This document shows positions 29,498 to 38,856 of a DNA stretch of 64,000 nt, one piece after another; the first letter of the stretch is position 1; the number at the start of each line of letters is the position of its first letter. The DNA is from Candidatus Latescibacterota bacterium (GTDB lineage Bacteria; Latescibacterota; UBA2968; UBA8231). The stretch lies in assembly GCA_963422735.1 (NCBI GenBank), contig OY730476.1, positions 2,560,001 to 2,624,000 of the forward strand. The letters are read 5' to 3'. Position numbers and translations under genes: made by a program. The notes beneath the pieces were generated by a model. That model worked only from the letters and a program-made list of their open reading frames with translations. It searched no databases and was not told the origin of the DNA.

Positions 29498-31051
29498 TTG
29501 AGAGAGGATAATTTTTCCATGTATTTTCCGAGTCCATGGAAGGAATCGAGTACCATTTGCCGAATCGGCTATGCAATTTTATTGATATGGACCCTGTACC
29601 ACATTGGAGCCGTACATGGACAGGATGGCGAGGCGAGTGCTCCCTCAAGGAGCCAAGAGCATTATAGGCACGGTATGCGCCATGCCCAAAAGGGCGACTA
29701 TGAAAGCGCGGAGAGGGAGTACCGGAAAGCGATAGAACTAGATGCCAATAATATCTATCCGCACGACGGCCTCGGTTTCATATACGCCCTGCAAAGCCGA
29801 TTGGGCGAGGCGGAAGAGGAATTTGCCAAGGTACTCCAGATTGATCCGGGCTACGCACCAGCACACTACAAGTTGGGTAAAATTTTTTTTATTCGCCAAG
29901 AGTACGGCAAGGCTTTCGATTCTTACCACAAGGCCATTGAGGCTGCTCCCAAGTACTTTCCCGCTCACCACGGACTGGGTGTCATCTACGTACAGACCCA
30001 AGAGCGGGCTAAAGCAGCAGAGCACTTCAAAGCCGCTATCGAAATCAATCCCGACTACGCTCCCCCTCGCTACCGGCTCGGGACGATATATCTAGAAGAA
30101 GGGGACTATTCTCAAGCCATAGAGGAATTGCGGCAGGCGGCCAAGCTGGTCGCCAACGAACCATCTATCCACTTTGTCTTGGGGAACGCCTACATGGCAA
30201 TAGGCCAGCTTTCAGAAGCCGCAGAAGCATTCCACAGAACATTGCAACTCGAGCCGAGCTGGGCCGATGTGCACGATAAACTGGGCTTGGTCTATACCGA
30301 CCAGTCCTTGGCTCTACTGGGGGCTGTCATGGCGGACCAAGACAAGCTGGCAGCCGCCGTTGAAGAGCATCGCAAGGCCGTGGAATTGGCCCCTGAAAAC
30401 GGTTGGTTCCAGCACAATCTGGGTATGGCCTATGAACGCCAGCGACAGTACGACAAAGCAGCGGAGCAGTTCGTCAAGGCCCTCGCAGTCAATCCCGATA
30501 TGGCCTACACCCGTTATCGGCTCGGCATGATCTACTCGAGAGACAAAAAATACCAAGAAGCTATTGAGGAATACCAGTATGCCATCCGGCTCGAGCCCGG
30601 CCGGTCGGTTTTCCACTACGCCTTGGGGGCCGTATATGCTAAGATTGGCAGAGGGGAAGAGGCGATAGGCAAATTTAAAAAAGCCATCGAACTCGACTAC
30701 TACAATGCCGAAGCACATTTCGGTCTGGCCAACGCCTATCTGAAACAGGGCAGAGGCGAGGAAGGTGCAAAGGAGATGGAGAGCTTCAAAAAACTGCGCG
30801 AAGGCAATATAGCAGATATGGAACAACGGGTCGTCTTAGTGCCTGACAACCCAAGATACCACGGCGAATTGGCCGCTCACTATACCCAACAGGGCAGATA
30901 TATAAAGGCGATCAATGAGTACAAGCTGGCCATTGGTCTCGACCCGCATAATCTCGAGTACCGCCGATTGCTCAAAGATGTCTATATCAAAGCAGGGCGC
31001 TATCGGGAAGCGGAAGAGCAACAGGAGATTATCCAGAGCTTTGCCCAATGA
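29498..31051 (+). CDS. Tetratricopeptide repeat protein
   Basis: More than ten 34-aa repeats (AHY.LG..Y...A...Y.KA...P); N-terminal hydrophobic segment. Confidence 0.92.
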   Translation: MREDNFSMYFPSPWKESSTICRIGYAILLIWTLYHIGAVHGQDGEASAPSRSQEHYRHGMRHAQKGDYESAEREYRKAIELDANNIYPHDGLGFIYALQSRLGEAEEEFAKVLQIDPGYAPAHYKLGKIFFIRQEYGKAFDSYHKAIEAAPKYFPAHHGLGVIYVQTQERAKAAEHFKAAIEINPDYAPPRYRLGTIYLEEGDYSQAIEELRQAAKLVANEPSIHFVLGNAYMAIGQLSEAAEAFHRTLQLEPSWADVHDKLGLVYTDQSLALLGAVMADQDKLAAAVEEHRKAVELAPENGWFQHNLGMAYERQRQYDKAAEQFVKALAVNPDMAYTRYRLGMIYSRDKKYQEAIEEYQYAIRLEPGRSVFHYALGAVYAKIGRGEEAIGKFKKAIELDYYNAEAHFGLANAYLKQGRGEEGAKEMESFKKLREGNIADMEQRVVLVPDNPRYHGELAAHYTQQGRYIKAINEYKLAIGLDPHNLEYRRLLKDVYIKAGRYREAEEQQEIIQSFAQ

Positions 31052-32786
31052 AAGCAGGCGCACAACCCATAGAGGCCGCTGGTTTATATGCATTTCTTTT
31101 TTTATCCTCGTTTCCTCACGGCTCTTAGCCGTCGAAGGACGGGAAGTAGAGAGGCGAGTCCAGTTCGTGGATGTAGCAGAGGAAGTAGGGGTTGTGGCGC
31201 AGAACGTCTCCGGGGATAGCGAGCAGACGTACTTGGTCGACAGCATGATGGGAGGATCGGCTTTTTTCGACTACGACCAAGACGGTGATTTGGATTTGTA
31301 CATCTTGAACGGGTCGAAAGTGGTTGGCTTTCCAGACTCAGAGCATCCGCGCAATACCTTTTATAGAAACGAGCACGGTAAATTCGTCGATGCTACCGAC
31401 GAAACGAACTTGGGCGACGCAGGCTGGGGTATGGGATGCACCGTCGGCGATTACGACAACGATGGCGACTTGGACATTTATATAACCAACTACGGCAGAA
31501 ACGTATTGTACGATAACCAAGGCGACGGGACTTTTGTCGATGTAACCGAGTACGCCCAAGTAGGAGATGAGCGGTTCAGCACGGGATGCGCCTTCCTCGA
31601 TTACGACGGCGACGGATATATAGATCTGTACGTAGCCAACTACGTCGATTTCAAGCACTTCCTAGCGACTACGCCCAACAAGTCCTATATGTGGAAAGGC
31701 TTAAGGGTTCATTTCGGACCCCGCGGGATGAAGGGGGGTGGGGATATCCTGTATCGCAACCAAGGCGACGGGACTTTTGCGGATGTGACCATGGAGACGC
31801 GGGTGGTGGACCAAGAGAAGCTCTACGGTATGGGCGTGATCGGCGGCGATTACGACCGGGACGGCGATGTGGACATCTATGTGGCCAACGACACTGGGCC
31901 TAATTTCCTTTATCAGAACCAAGGCGATGGCACTTTTGCCGACATTGGCTGGATGATCGGTGCTGCCTATGGCGAAAGCGGCGAGGCTCAAGGCTGTATG
32001 GGCATTGCCTATGGGGATTACGACAATGACCTGTACCAAGACATACTAGTCACCAACTTCTGGGAGCAGACCAATACGCTTTACCACAACGACCGCGGCG
32101 CATTCTTTTCCGACCTCAGCTTTGACGCCGGCGTGGGCAAGGAGAGTTTTCAGTTTTTGGCTTGGGGCACCGAGTTTTTCGACTATGACAACGACGGCGA
32201 TAAAGATCTCTTCGTCGCCAATGGCCATCTCTTTCCACAATTGGACAGGGCTAATCTAGGCACTAGCTATGCCCAGACCAATCAACTCTTCGAAAACTTG
32301 GGCGACGGCACCTTCGCCGAAGTATCGCAGCTATCGGGGGAGGGCTTGAGGATTAAAAAAGTGAGCAGAGGGGCTTCCTTTGGGGATTACGACGAAGATG
32401 GGGATCTGGACATATTTGTCCTGAATCTAAACGATCGCCCCACTTTGCTGCGCAACGACAGCGGCAATACAAACAACTGGTTGGTGGTCAGAACTATAGG
32501 GACTGAAAGCAACAGAGATGGTATAGGGGCCAAGATTGAGGTCCGCTGTGGGGAGCTCACGCAAAGCGCCGAAATCCGGAGCGGTGCTAGTTATCTTTCG
32601 CACAACGACTTGAGGGCCCATTTCGGCTTGGGGCAGAGAGAGGCTATCGACTTGTTGGTAGTGCGCTGGCCAAGTGGCCTAGAAGAACGGTTTGAAAATC
32701 TCTCTGCCAATAGACTCGTGGTGCTTCAAGAGGGCGAGGGCATTGTGGCACCGCGTCCAAGTAAGAAGGGAGCGTTCGGCGATTGA
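31041..32786 (+). CDS. CRTAC1-like FG-GAP/ASPIC-UnbV protein
   Basis: DYDxDGDxD repeats, SRGASFGDYD, SNRDGIGA, HFGLG; start uncertain (TTG 31041; ORF is open from 30915). Confidence 0.9.
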   Translation: MPNESRRTTHRGRWFICISFFILVSSRLLAVEGREVERRVQFVDVAEEVGVVAQNVSGDSEQTYLVDSMMGGSAFFDYDQDGDLDLYILNGSKVVGFPDSEHPRNTFYRNEHGKFVDATDETNLGDAGWGMGCTVGDYDNDGDLDIYITNYGRNVLYDNQGDGTFVDVTEYAQVGDERFSTGCAFLDYDGDGYIDLYVANYVDFKHFLATTPNKSYMWKGLRVHFGPRGMKGGGDILYRNQGDGTFADVTMETRVVDQEKLYGMGVIGGDYDRDGDVDIYVANDTGPNFLYQNQGDGTFADIGWMIGAAYGESGEAQGCMGIAYGDYDNDLYQDILVTNFWEQTNTLYHNDRGAFFSDLSFDAGVGKESFQFLAWGTEFFDYDNDGDKDLFVANGHLFPQLDRANLGTSYAQTNQLFENLGDGTFAEVSQLSGEGLRIKKVSRGASFGDYDEDGDLDIFVLNLNDRPTLLRNDSGNTNNWLVVRTIGTESNRDGIGAKIEVRCGELTQSAEIRSGASYLSHNDLRAHFGLGQREAIDLLVVRWPSGLEERFENLSANRLVVLQEGEGIVAPRPSKKGAFGD

Positions 32787-33195
32787 TTGTTACGGATTCC
32801 GTTTCCCTCGCTGAGAAGCTCAGTGCGGGGAGATCAAGAGTCTGCATGATTTTACACAACTTACTGATAATATTATAGATAGTGATGATTTCGCCGTCTT
32901 ACTGGTGTAGAAATCCCAGGATGTAACCATGAATCCGGGTGTTCACCAAGTGTTCATCAATAGTTTACAATCGCCTAAGACGCCCAATAAGCGTCAGCAA
33001 TTAGCTTGATATTTTGGTATTTTCTTTTTATCATAACTGTGATTTTCTCGCAAAAATTGTGTATTCGCTATTTTATTTTGTAGCTTCGCTTACCGTGCCA
33101 CTGAAATTATTTGAGAGGAGGAGATAAAAAATCCCTTTAAGCAACCAACCGCCAACCGCTCAAAAAGCAGTTTTCTCACTAAGAAAGGATCTTGG

Positions 33196-34125
33196 GTGAT
33201 GAACAGAGCAATGAGTTATAGCTTCTTGGCATTGAGTTTTGTCCTTTTCACGGTCGCGTCCAGCTCGGCTCACCTGCGGGCAGACAGAAATTGGGCCGCT
33301 GTTCAGGTGCCTATTGGCGTCGATGGCGTAAGAGATGTCCAGATGGACGGAGACATAAGCGAATGGGACAACGTGCCCTCAGTCTTCTGGGTGACCCATG
33401 AGGATCTAATCGAGACCGTCACTGGCACTCAAGGGGATCCCGACCCTTCCAATCTGGCCGAGCGCATCATTTTTGGCTGGAGTCCAGTGACCAACATTTT
33501 GTATTTCATGGAGGAAAGGTTCGACGACCTCTTTTACGGGACCATCGAAAATAATTTCGATACGGTCGAGGTGACCTTAGACTTCGACCACAGCGGTGAC
33601 GCCATTTTCCAAAATGTGGCTTCGGCGGATTTGGATCCGGAAAGGTGGGAAGGGGCCCTATCCCAGAACTACCGCTATCAGCTAGACAAAGAGAATCAAA
33701 TGTGGCTCTGGGGGGGAGCTCCGTGGGCTGGAGTCGAGCCTTATTCCGGTGCTAAATGGAGTTTTGAGGGCGATATCAACGGCGGTGCCGGAACCCTGTT
33801 CATGGAGATGTGGTTCACTCCCTTCGACGATTTGCCTACCAGCTCTACGGGCATAGAGGACGAGGATGTGATCGTCCACACTATGGCGGCAGGCGAAATC
33901 ATGGGTATCGGTTTTGCCGTTCAGGACGATGACGACGGTGCCGAAGGTACGTACAGCGGCTACTGGACCAACAGCGGCGATACGGAACTCTACTTCAAAG
34001 CTACCGCTATGGTTGACTATGTCCTGCTCCCCTTTGATGAGAGCATCTGGGTAGCGGGCGAAGACGTGGGCACTGCCGTCGAGTCGGATAGCTGGGGGGA
34101 CATCAAGGCAAGTTTTTCCCGCTAA
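33196..34125 (+). CDS. Secreted acidic protein, CBM9/DOMON-like, with C-terminal TAVE..SWG.IK motif
   Basis: Signal peptide, MDGDISEW, DFDHSG, C-terminus TAVESDSWGDIKASFSR. Confidence 0.7.
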   Translation: MMNRAMSYSFLALSFVLFTVASSSAHLRADRNWAAVQVPIGVDGVRDVQMDGDISEWDNVPSVFWVTHEDLIETVTGTQGDPDPSNLAERIIFGWSPVTNILYFMEERFDDLFYGTIENNFDTVEVTLDFDHSGDAIFQNVASADLDPERWEGALSQNYRYQLDKENQMWLWGGAPWAGVEPYSGAKWSFEGDINGGAGTLFMEMWFTPFDDLPTSSTGIEDEDVIVHTMAAGEIMGIGFAVQDDDDGAEGTYSGYWTNSGDTELYFKATAMVDYVLLPFDESIWVAGEDVGTAVESDSWGDIKASFSR

Positions 34126-34155
34126 GGAGAACAAGTAAAAGAAAATGAGCAGTTT

Positions 34156-34185
34156 GGGGGCGAGGTCATCTTCGCCCCCTTTTTT
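34156..34185 (+). terminator. Rho-independent terminator
   Basis: GGGGGCGAGG-tcat-CTTCGCCCCC hairpin followed by T6. Confidence 0.85.
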
Positions 34186-34209
34186 AATAATCTTGCCAAA
34201 GGATTGGGC

Positions 34210-36159
34210 ATGGTCCCACCTAAGTCACTAGGGTTACTTTTACTCGCTTTGCTAGGTGTCGGCCTCTGGCCTCAAAATGTCTCCGGCGTGGTTATTTATA
34301 GAATTGGCACCCCCTTTTCAACAGCAGAAAAGGACAGCCTTGAAGGCCTCGGCATCGACTTCAAGGAAATTGACTGGTCGGTCTCCCAACTGCAGGATGC
34401 CCTCGAGCTGGACTCTTTGCAGGCGGGTTCACTGCAACCTAACTACTTTGATGAGGACGAGGACATCGCCGCAACCCTCTTGAGCCGAGGTGGCTGGGTA
34501 AGGGTGCGGCTTTTCGCCAATCAAAATCAACTGATTGGAGAGGTACTCGTCGATGGCGATCCGACCACAGCCCTTACGTGGCCAGCCGTAGCTCCAGAGA
34601 GTTTTCATGTGGGTACGGCGCGGACCCTCAGTGAACAATTGACTTTTGATTTAGGCGGGCGATTTCTCATCCGGGAAGTGAGATTTCGCCCTCTGGCGGA
34701 AAAGCCAGAGCACTTTGTGGAGCAGTTCTCCATTGGCACCCTCGATAGTAGGCTGGTCAATATTGGCAACAGAATGTCCAATTTCCCGACCATAGCCGAA
34801 GTAAAGGAAAACACCGAACCTGAAGTCAGCGTGATTTTAGACCCGCCGATATCGACTCAAACGGTCCAATTGCTGATTTTTCGCGAAACACCCAAGGAAA
34901 TAGGGCTCGCCGATTTTGAACTCTACGGCGGTGGTTTCTTAGCCCGAGCCTCGTATGAGTCCGAGATAGTCGAATTGGGCGAGCTGGCCAGTTGGGGCGA
35001 GATTCGCTGGTCGGGCCGGCAAGATGCGGACGCCCGGATCGATATCCGCACCCGGACGGGAGCAGACCCACATCCCGATATTTTTTGGCAACTGCGACCC
35101 GAGCAGCAAGACAGTGTGCAATTTCTCGATGGCGGTAGCGACTTGACCCTGAGCGAATACAAGAACCAGTACCGCAAGTTGCTCGACGTTCTCAAACCAG
35201 TAGAACCCCGGGATAGAGTAAGCCCCGATACGGAAAACTGGAGTTTCTGGTCCAGTCCTTATCTGTTTGAAAACTTGGGGACCAGTATCGTTTCTCCTAG
35301 TCCTCGCCAATTTTTCCAACTCAAAGTGGACTTCTTGTCTACTGTCGAGGATGGAGGTAAGATCGATTATGTCGAGTTCAAGGCCTCTGTGCCGCCGGCT
35401 GTGCGCAGCTTGGTGGGAGAAATTTTCCCGGTAGATACCCAAGTGGGGCAGGCGACGCATTTCACCTATTTCATCCGGCCTACCATCCGGGCCGGCGATA
35501 TGGGCTTTGACAGCGTGGAGATTTCCACGCCCTCGGGGGTGATTTCAGTTGATTCGCTGCGCATAGACGGCATCAACTACGACGATTTTGTCTGGGCGAA
35601 AACCGCGGATGGCCTAGGCTTTGAGATCAACTTTCCGCGTCAGCTAGAGCCTACCGACAGTGGATCCCTGATCGAGGTGGTGTTCAACGCACCGGTGCTG
35701 CGGGAAGTGGGTACGCTGTTTACTGGTAAGGTGTTCAATAGCGCCGAGCCAAACGAGGTACGCCAACGCATCAATCCGGGCAACGCCGCCGACGAGATTG
35801 AGAGCGACGGAATTTCAGTTAAAACATCGCTGATCAGTTCACTGGTATTTGCACCGCAGATTGGGCCCAATCCCTTTACGCCCAACGGCGATGCCATCAA
35901 TGACGTGGCGCATATTTCCTATAAGCTCTTGCGGGTGACATCTCAAGTTCCGGTCTCCGTGGAAATCTTCGACCTGTCCGGCCAGCTAGTTAAGCAAATA
36001 TACGCCGGGGACATTCCTATCGGAGAGTATTCCCACCCTTGGGATGGAACAGACCGTTCCAACCGGCTGGTACCCCCGGGACTCTACTTGTATCGAATAG
36101 CGGTAGCCATCCAAGCAGAAGAGGGCATCAAGAGCGGCGTTATAGCCGTGGCCTATTGA
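34210..36159 (+). CDS. Secreted protein with C-terminal FlgD Ig-like domain, paralog 1
   Basis: Signal peptide; WSFWSSPY, SPSPRQFFQ, GEIFP, PNPFTPNGD, WDGTD..VPPGLY. Confidence 0.8.
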   Translation: MVPPKSLGLLLLALLGVGLWPQNVSGVVIYRIGTPFSTAEKDSLEGLGIDFKEIDWSVSQLQDALELDSLQAGSLQPNYFDEDEDIAATLLSRGGWVRVRLFANQNQLIGEVLVDGDPTTALTWPAVAPESFHVGTARTLSEQLTFDLGGRFLIREVRFRPLAEKPEHFVEQFSIGTLDSRLVNIGNRMSNFPTIAEVKENTEPEVSVILDPPISTQTVQLLIFRETPKEIGLADFELYGGGFLARASYESEIVELGELASWGEIRWSGRQDADARIDIRTRTGADPHPDIFWQLRPEQQDSVQFLDGGSDLTLSEYKNQYRKLLDVLKPVEPRDRVSPDTENWSFWSSPYLFENLGTSIVSPSPRQFFQLKVDFLSTVEDGGKIDYVEFKASVPPAVRSLVGEIFPVDTQVGQATHFTYFIRPTIRAGDMGFDSVEISTPSGVISVDSLRIDGINYDDFVWAKTADGLGFEINFPRQLEPTDSGSLIEVVFNAPVLREVGTLFTGKVFNSAEPNEVRQRINPGNAADEIESDGISVKTSLISSLVFAPQIGPNPFTPNGDAINDVAHISYKLLRVTSQVPVSVEIFDLSGQLVKQIYAGDIPIGEYSHPWDGTDRSNRLVPPGLYLYRIAVAIQAEEGIKSGVIAVAY

Positions 36160-36204
36160 TTTTCAATCGCCCCCAGATGAGTAAATACGTGGGAGACCAA
36201 TGCC

Positions 36205-38856
36205 ATGGCATGGCAGAGAACATTCAAGCTGGCGAGCACTAGCTTGGTCTGTCTCTTAGGTAGAATGATCCTAGGGGAAGTGGCTTGGGGGCAAGAGGGC
36301 TTTTCTATCCAAGACGGCGCTGCTATCATCGAGTCTAGGGATCACTGGGCTCGTTGGCAGTCGGTGGCAAAGACCATCCAGATCACCGAGGAAGGCGCAA
36401 AACCCGCCTTTATACGCAAGAGCACCAAGCTCGAAGTAGAGGGCAACGAAGTGATAGTCCCCGGCATTAACGCAGTCTTGAATGCCGCCGAGTTCGGCGG
36501 CGGGATATGGGATGCCGGCTCCAACCGCTTAAGCGCAGAAAACCTCATGGACGGTAGGATGGACACCTACTGGGAGCCGGACACTTCCGCCCCTCTTAGG
36601 GATTGGTGGGTGCAAATCGATTTAGGGCGGGCCGTATCGGCCAATAAGATCGTCCTCAAGTTTGTCGGGGAGGATTTGGGAGACCCCTTTCTCCAGTTTA
36701 AGATCCTCACCTCCCAAGGGGAGACCATCATCGGCCCGCTGGTGTACAGGAAACGCTTCTCAACGGACAAGCCCATCAAGAACGAACGGGTCTTTGAAGT
36801 TGATTTGACCAGCCAGTTGCCCACCAAATGGCCACAGGTGCGCGGGGATTTTACCGGCGATGTGATCCGGTTCGTCTCTGTCGGCGTCACGGACAGCGAT
36901 TTTGGCAAGGCAAGACAAGTTTCTCAGTCCGATTACGAAGGCCTCGACCTCGACCAACAGGGCGATATAGAATACTTACGCCGAGAAGCCTCGGGAAGGC
37001 TGAGATTGTTGGAGGGACGCGAGGATTGGGAGGCCTTGGCCAGCAATAATAGTCAAGGCCCTGTCGTCTATTATCGCCGCGAGTTACCCCGCTTGGCGGA
37101 AGTGGAAGTCTGGTCAATCGGCGACAATATCGGCATCGGCGTACTGGAACGAGGTGGCAAGGTGACGAGTTGGGAAAACAACGGGGCTGAGGGTGTGGTG
37201 GTGGACGGGGTAATATACAGCGTAGCAAAGGCGTTGTATTGGCCCGCTCAAGGTGGGTACAATCCCGATAGGCTGCTTCCTTCGCAGCCACCGGATGTCG
37301 AGCGTGCCTTAGTGGTGGACCTGGGAGGGGCCTTCTTCTTAGACAATATCCGCGTACTCCAAGCCAGCAGTAGCCCCCCTGGGCCTTTTCGCGCCTACCG
37401 CATTGAAGTATCAGATGGCTCCACCAATGCTGGCGGGAGCTTGGCGTGGGAAACCGTGGGATCGCTCGACAATATCAATGGGAGCGAGTCGTATCACGAT
37501 TTTAAGTTCCCACTCACCAAAGTCGAGCATTTTTCTTTTACCTATAAGCTCCATGTAAGGGCCGGACGCCACGGCTTGTCAGAGGTTCAGTTTTTCGGTG
37601 AGGGGTACATGCCTGAGTCCCGGATCGAATCGGTCTTTGACGGGCCTTCGGCGTTCATAGAATTGGGGGCCACTCCCCAAAATTTGGCGTCTATAGAGTG
37701 GGATGCGGATATACCGCCGGGTACGGATATTATTCTTCAGACCCGGACCGGCAATACGGTCAAAACGACTACGCTTTACTATAAAAAGAACGGTGAGTTG
37801 TATCCGGGCACCGAAGAAGAGGCAGCGGAAGCTCACGCTACGGATAAAAAATTCTTCGGGGATGCTTCTGTTGGACCCGTCGCTACCCAGACCAACCCAG
37901 GCAGCGATTGGAGCAGTTGGAGCCAACGCTATTTCGATTCGGGAGACAAAATCACCTCGCCCAGTCCGCGTAAATTCGTCGCCATCCGAGCGACCTTTCT
38001 CACGGAAAATCCCCTCGTGGCAGCTACACTGCGTTGGGTGAAACTCAACTTTGTAACGCCAGTCGCCAAAACAGTTGTTGGCGAGGTGCTGCCCGCCCAA
38101 CTCGAGGTAATTGGTGCTGAGCAACTATTTTCCTATTTCGTCCGCACGACCTTCGAGCCGGCCAACGAGGGCTTTGACGAGATTCTTATTGAAGCTCCCT
38201 CCAGCGTCAAAATGAAATTCAAGCAAGCCCATCTGAGCCTCACAGGGCAGCCAACTCAAACCTATACCGCTCAAAGCGAGGGCTTTGAGGTCATGTCTGA
38301 TGATTCCGATTCCCTTTGGGTGCGTCTGCCCACTCCTATCAAAGGGACCGACGAGGCCGCGTTGATTGAGCTTCAGTTTGAAGCGACCATATTCGATTTT
38401 ACCACATTCTTCAATGGCTCTATCGGCTATTCTTCCATTCCCAATTCGTGGCAAAGAGTGGACCCGGGCGATGCAAACGAGATCACGGATAGCGAAAAAA
38501 CCGTGATTTTGGCCCTTGAAAGAGGTGCGGTACTGGGGGATATCGAAGTAAAAAATGAAATCTTCACCCCTAACGGCGACGGCATCAACGACGATATGGC
38601 TGTGAGTTTTTCACTCATGCGAGTGAAGTCATCAACGCCGTTACAGGTGAAAATATACGATCTAGGTGGGCGTCTCGTTCACCAACTGCGCGATGAGTAC
38701 ATAACCACGGGACGGCATTCCGTGGCCTGGACCGGAGTCAATGAATCCGGGGCTTTGGTGCCCCCTGGCATATATGTGCTGAGGACCGACATTACGGTCG
38801 ATTCAAAATCGAGTAGAAATACCTCGGACTACCGCTTAGTGCATGTCTCCTATTGA
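36205..38856 (+). CDS. Secreted protein with discoidin-like and FlgD Ig-like domains, paralog 2
   Basis: LMDGRMDTYW..WWVQIDLG, WSSWS, SPSPRKF, FTPNGDGIND, VPPGIY. Confidence 0.8.
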   Translation: MAWQRTFKLASTSLVCLLGRMILGEVAWGQEGFSIQDGAAIIESRDHWARWQSVAKTIQITEEGAKPAFIRKSTKLEVEGNEVIVPGINAVLNAAEFGGGIWDAGSNRLSAENLMDGRMDTYWEPDTSAPLRDWWVQIDLGRAVSANKIVLKFVGEDLGDPFLQFKILTSQGETIIGPLVYRKRFSTDKPIKNERVFEVDLTSQLPTKWPQVRGDFTGDVIRFVSVGVTDSDFGKARQVSQSDYEGLDLDQQGDIEYLRREASGRLRLLEGREDWEALASNNSQGPVVYYRRELPRLAEVEVWSIGDNIGIGVLERGGKVTSWENNGAEGVVVDGVIYSVAKALYWPAQGGYNPDRLLPSQPPDVERALVVDLGGAFFLDNIRVLQASSSPPGPFRAYRIEVSDGSTNAGGSLAWETVGSLDNINGSESYHDFKFPLTKVEHFSFTYKLHVRAGRHGLSEVQFFGEGYMPESRIESVFDGPSAFIELGATPQNLASIEWDADIPPGTDIILQTRTGNTVKTTTLYYKKNGELYPGTEEEAAEAHATDKKFFGDASVGPVATQTNPGSDWSSWSQRYFDSGDKITSPSPRKFVAIRATFLTENPLVAATLRWVKLNFVTPVAKTVVGEVLPAQLEVIGAEQLFSYFVRTTFEPANEGFDEILIEAPSSVKMKFKQAHLSLTGQPTQTYTAQSEGFEVMSDDSDSLWVRLPTPIKGTDEAALIELQFEATIFDFTTFFNGSIGYSSIPNSWQRVDPGDANEITDSEKTVILALERGAVLGDIEVKNEIFTPNGDGINDDMAVSFSLMRVKSSTPLQVKIYDLGGRLVHQLRDEYITTGRHSVAWTGVNESGALVPPGIYVLRTDITVDSKSSRNTSDYRLVHVSY

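Noticed and set aside
31097-31103. T7 run as a phase-variation site for the second FG-GAP gene
   Set aside because: Short run, and an in-frame TTG at 31041 already gives a plausible signal peptide
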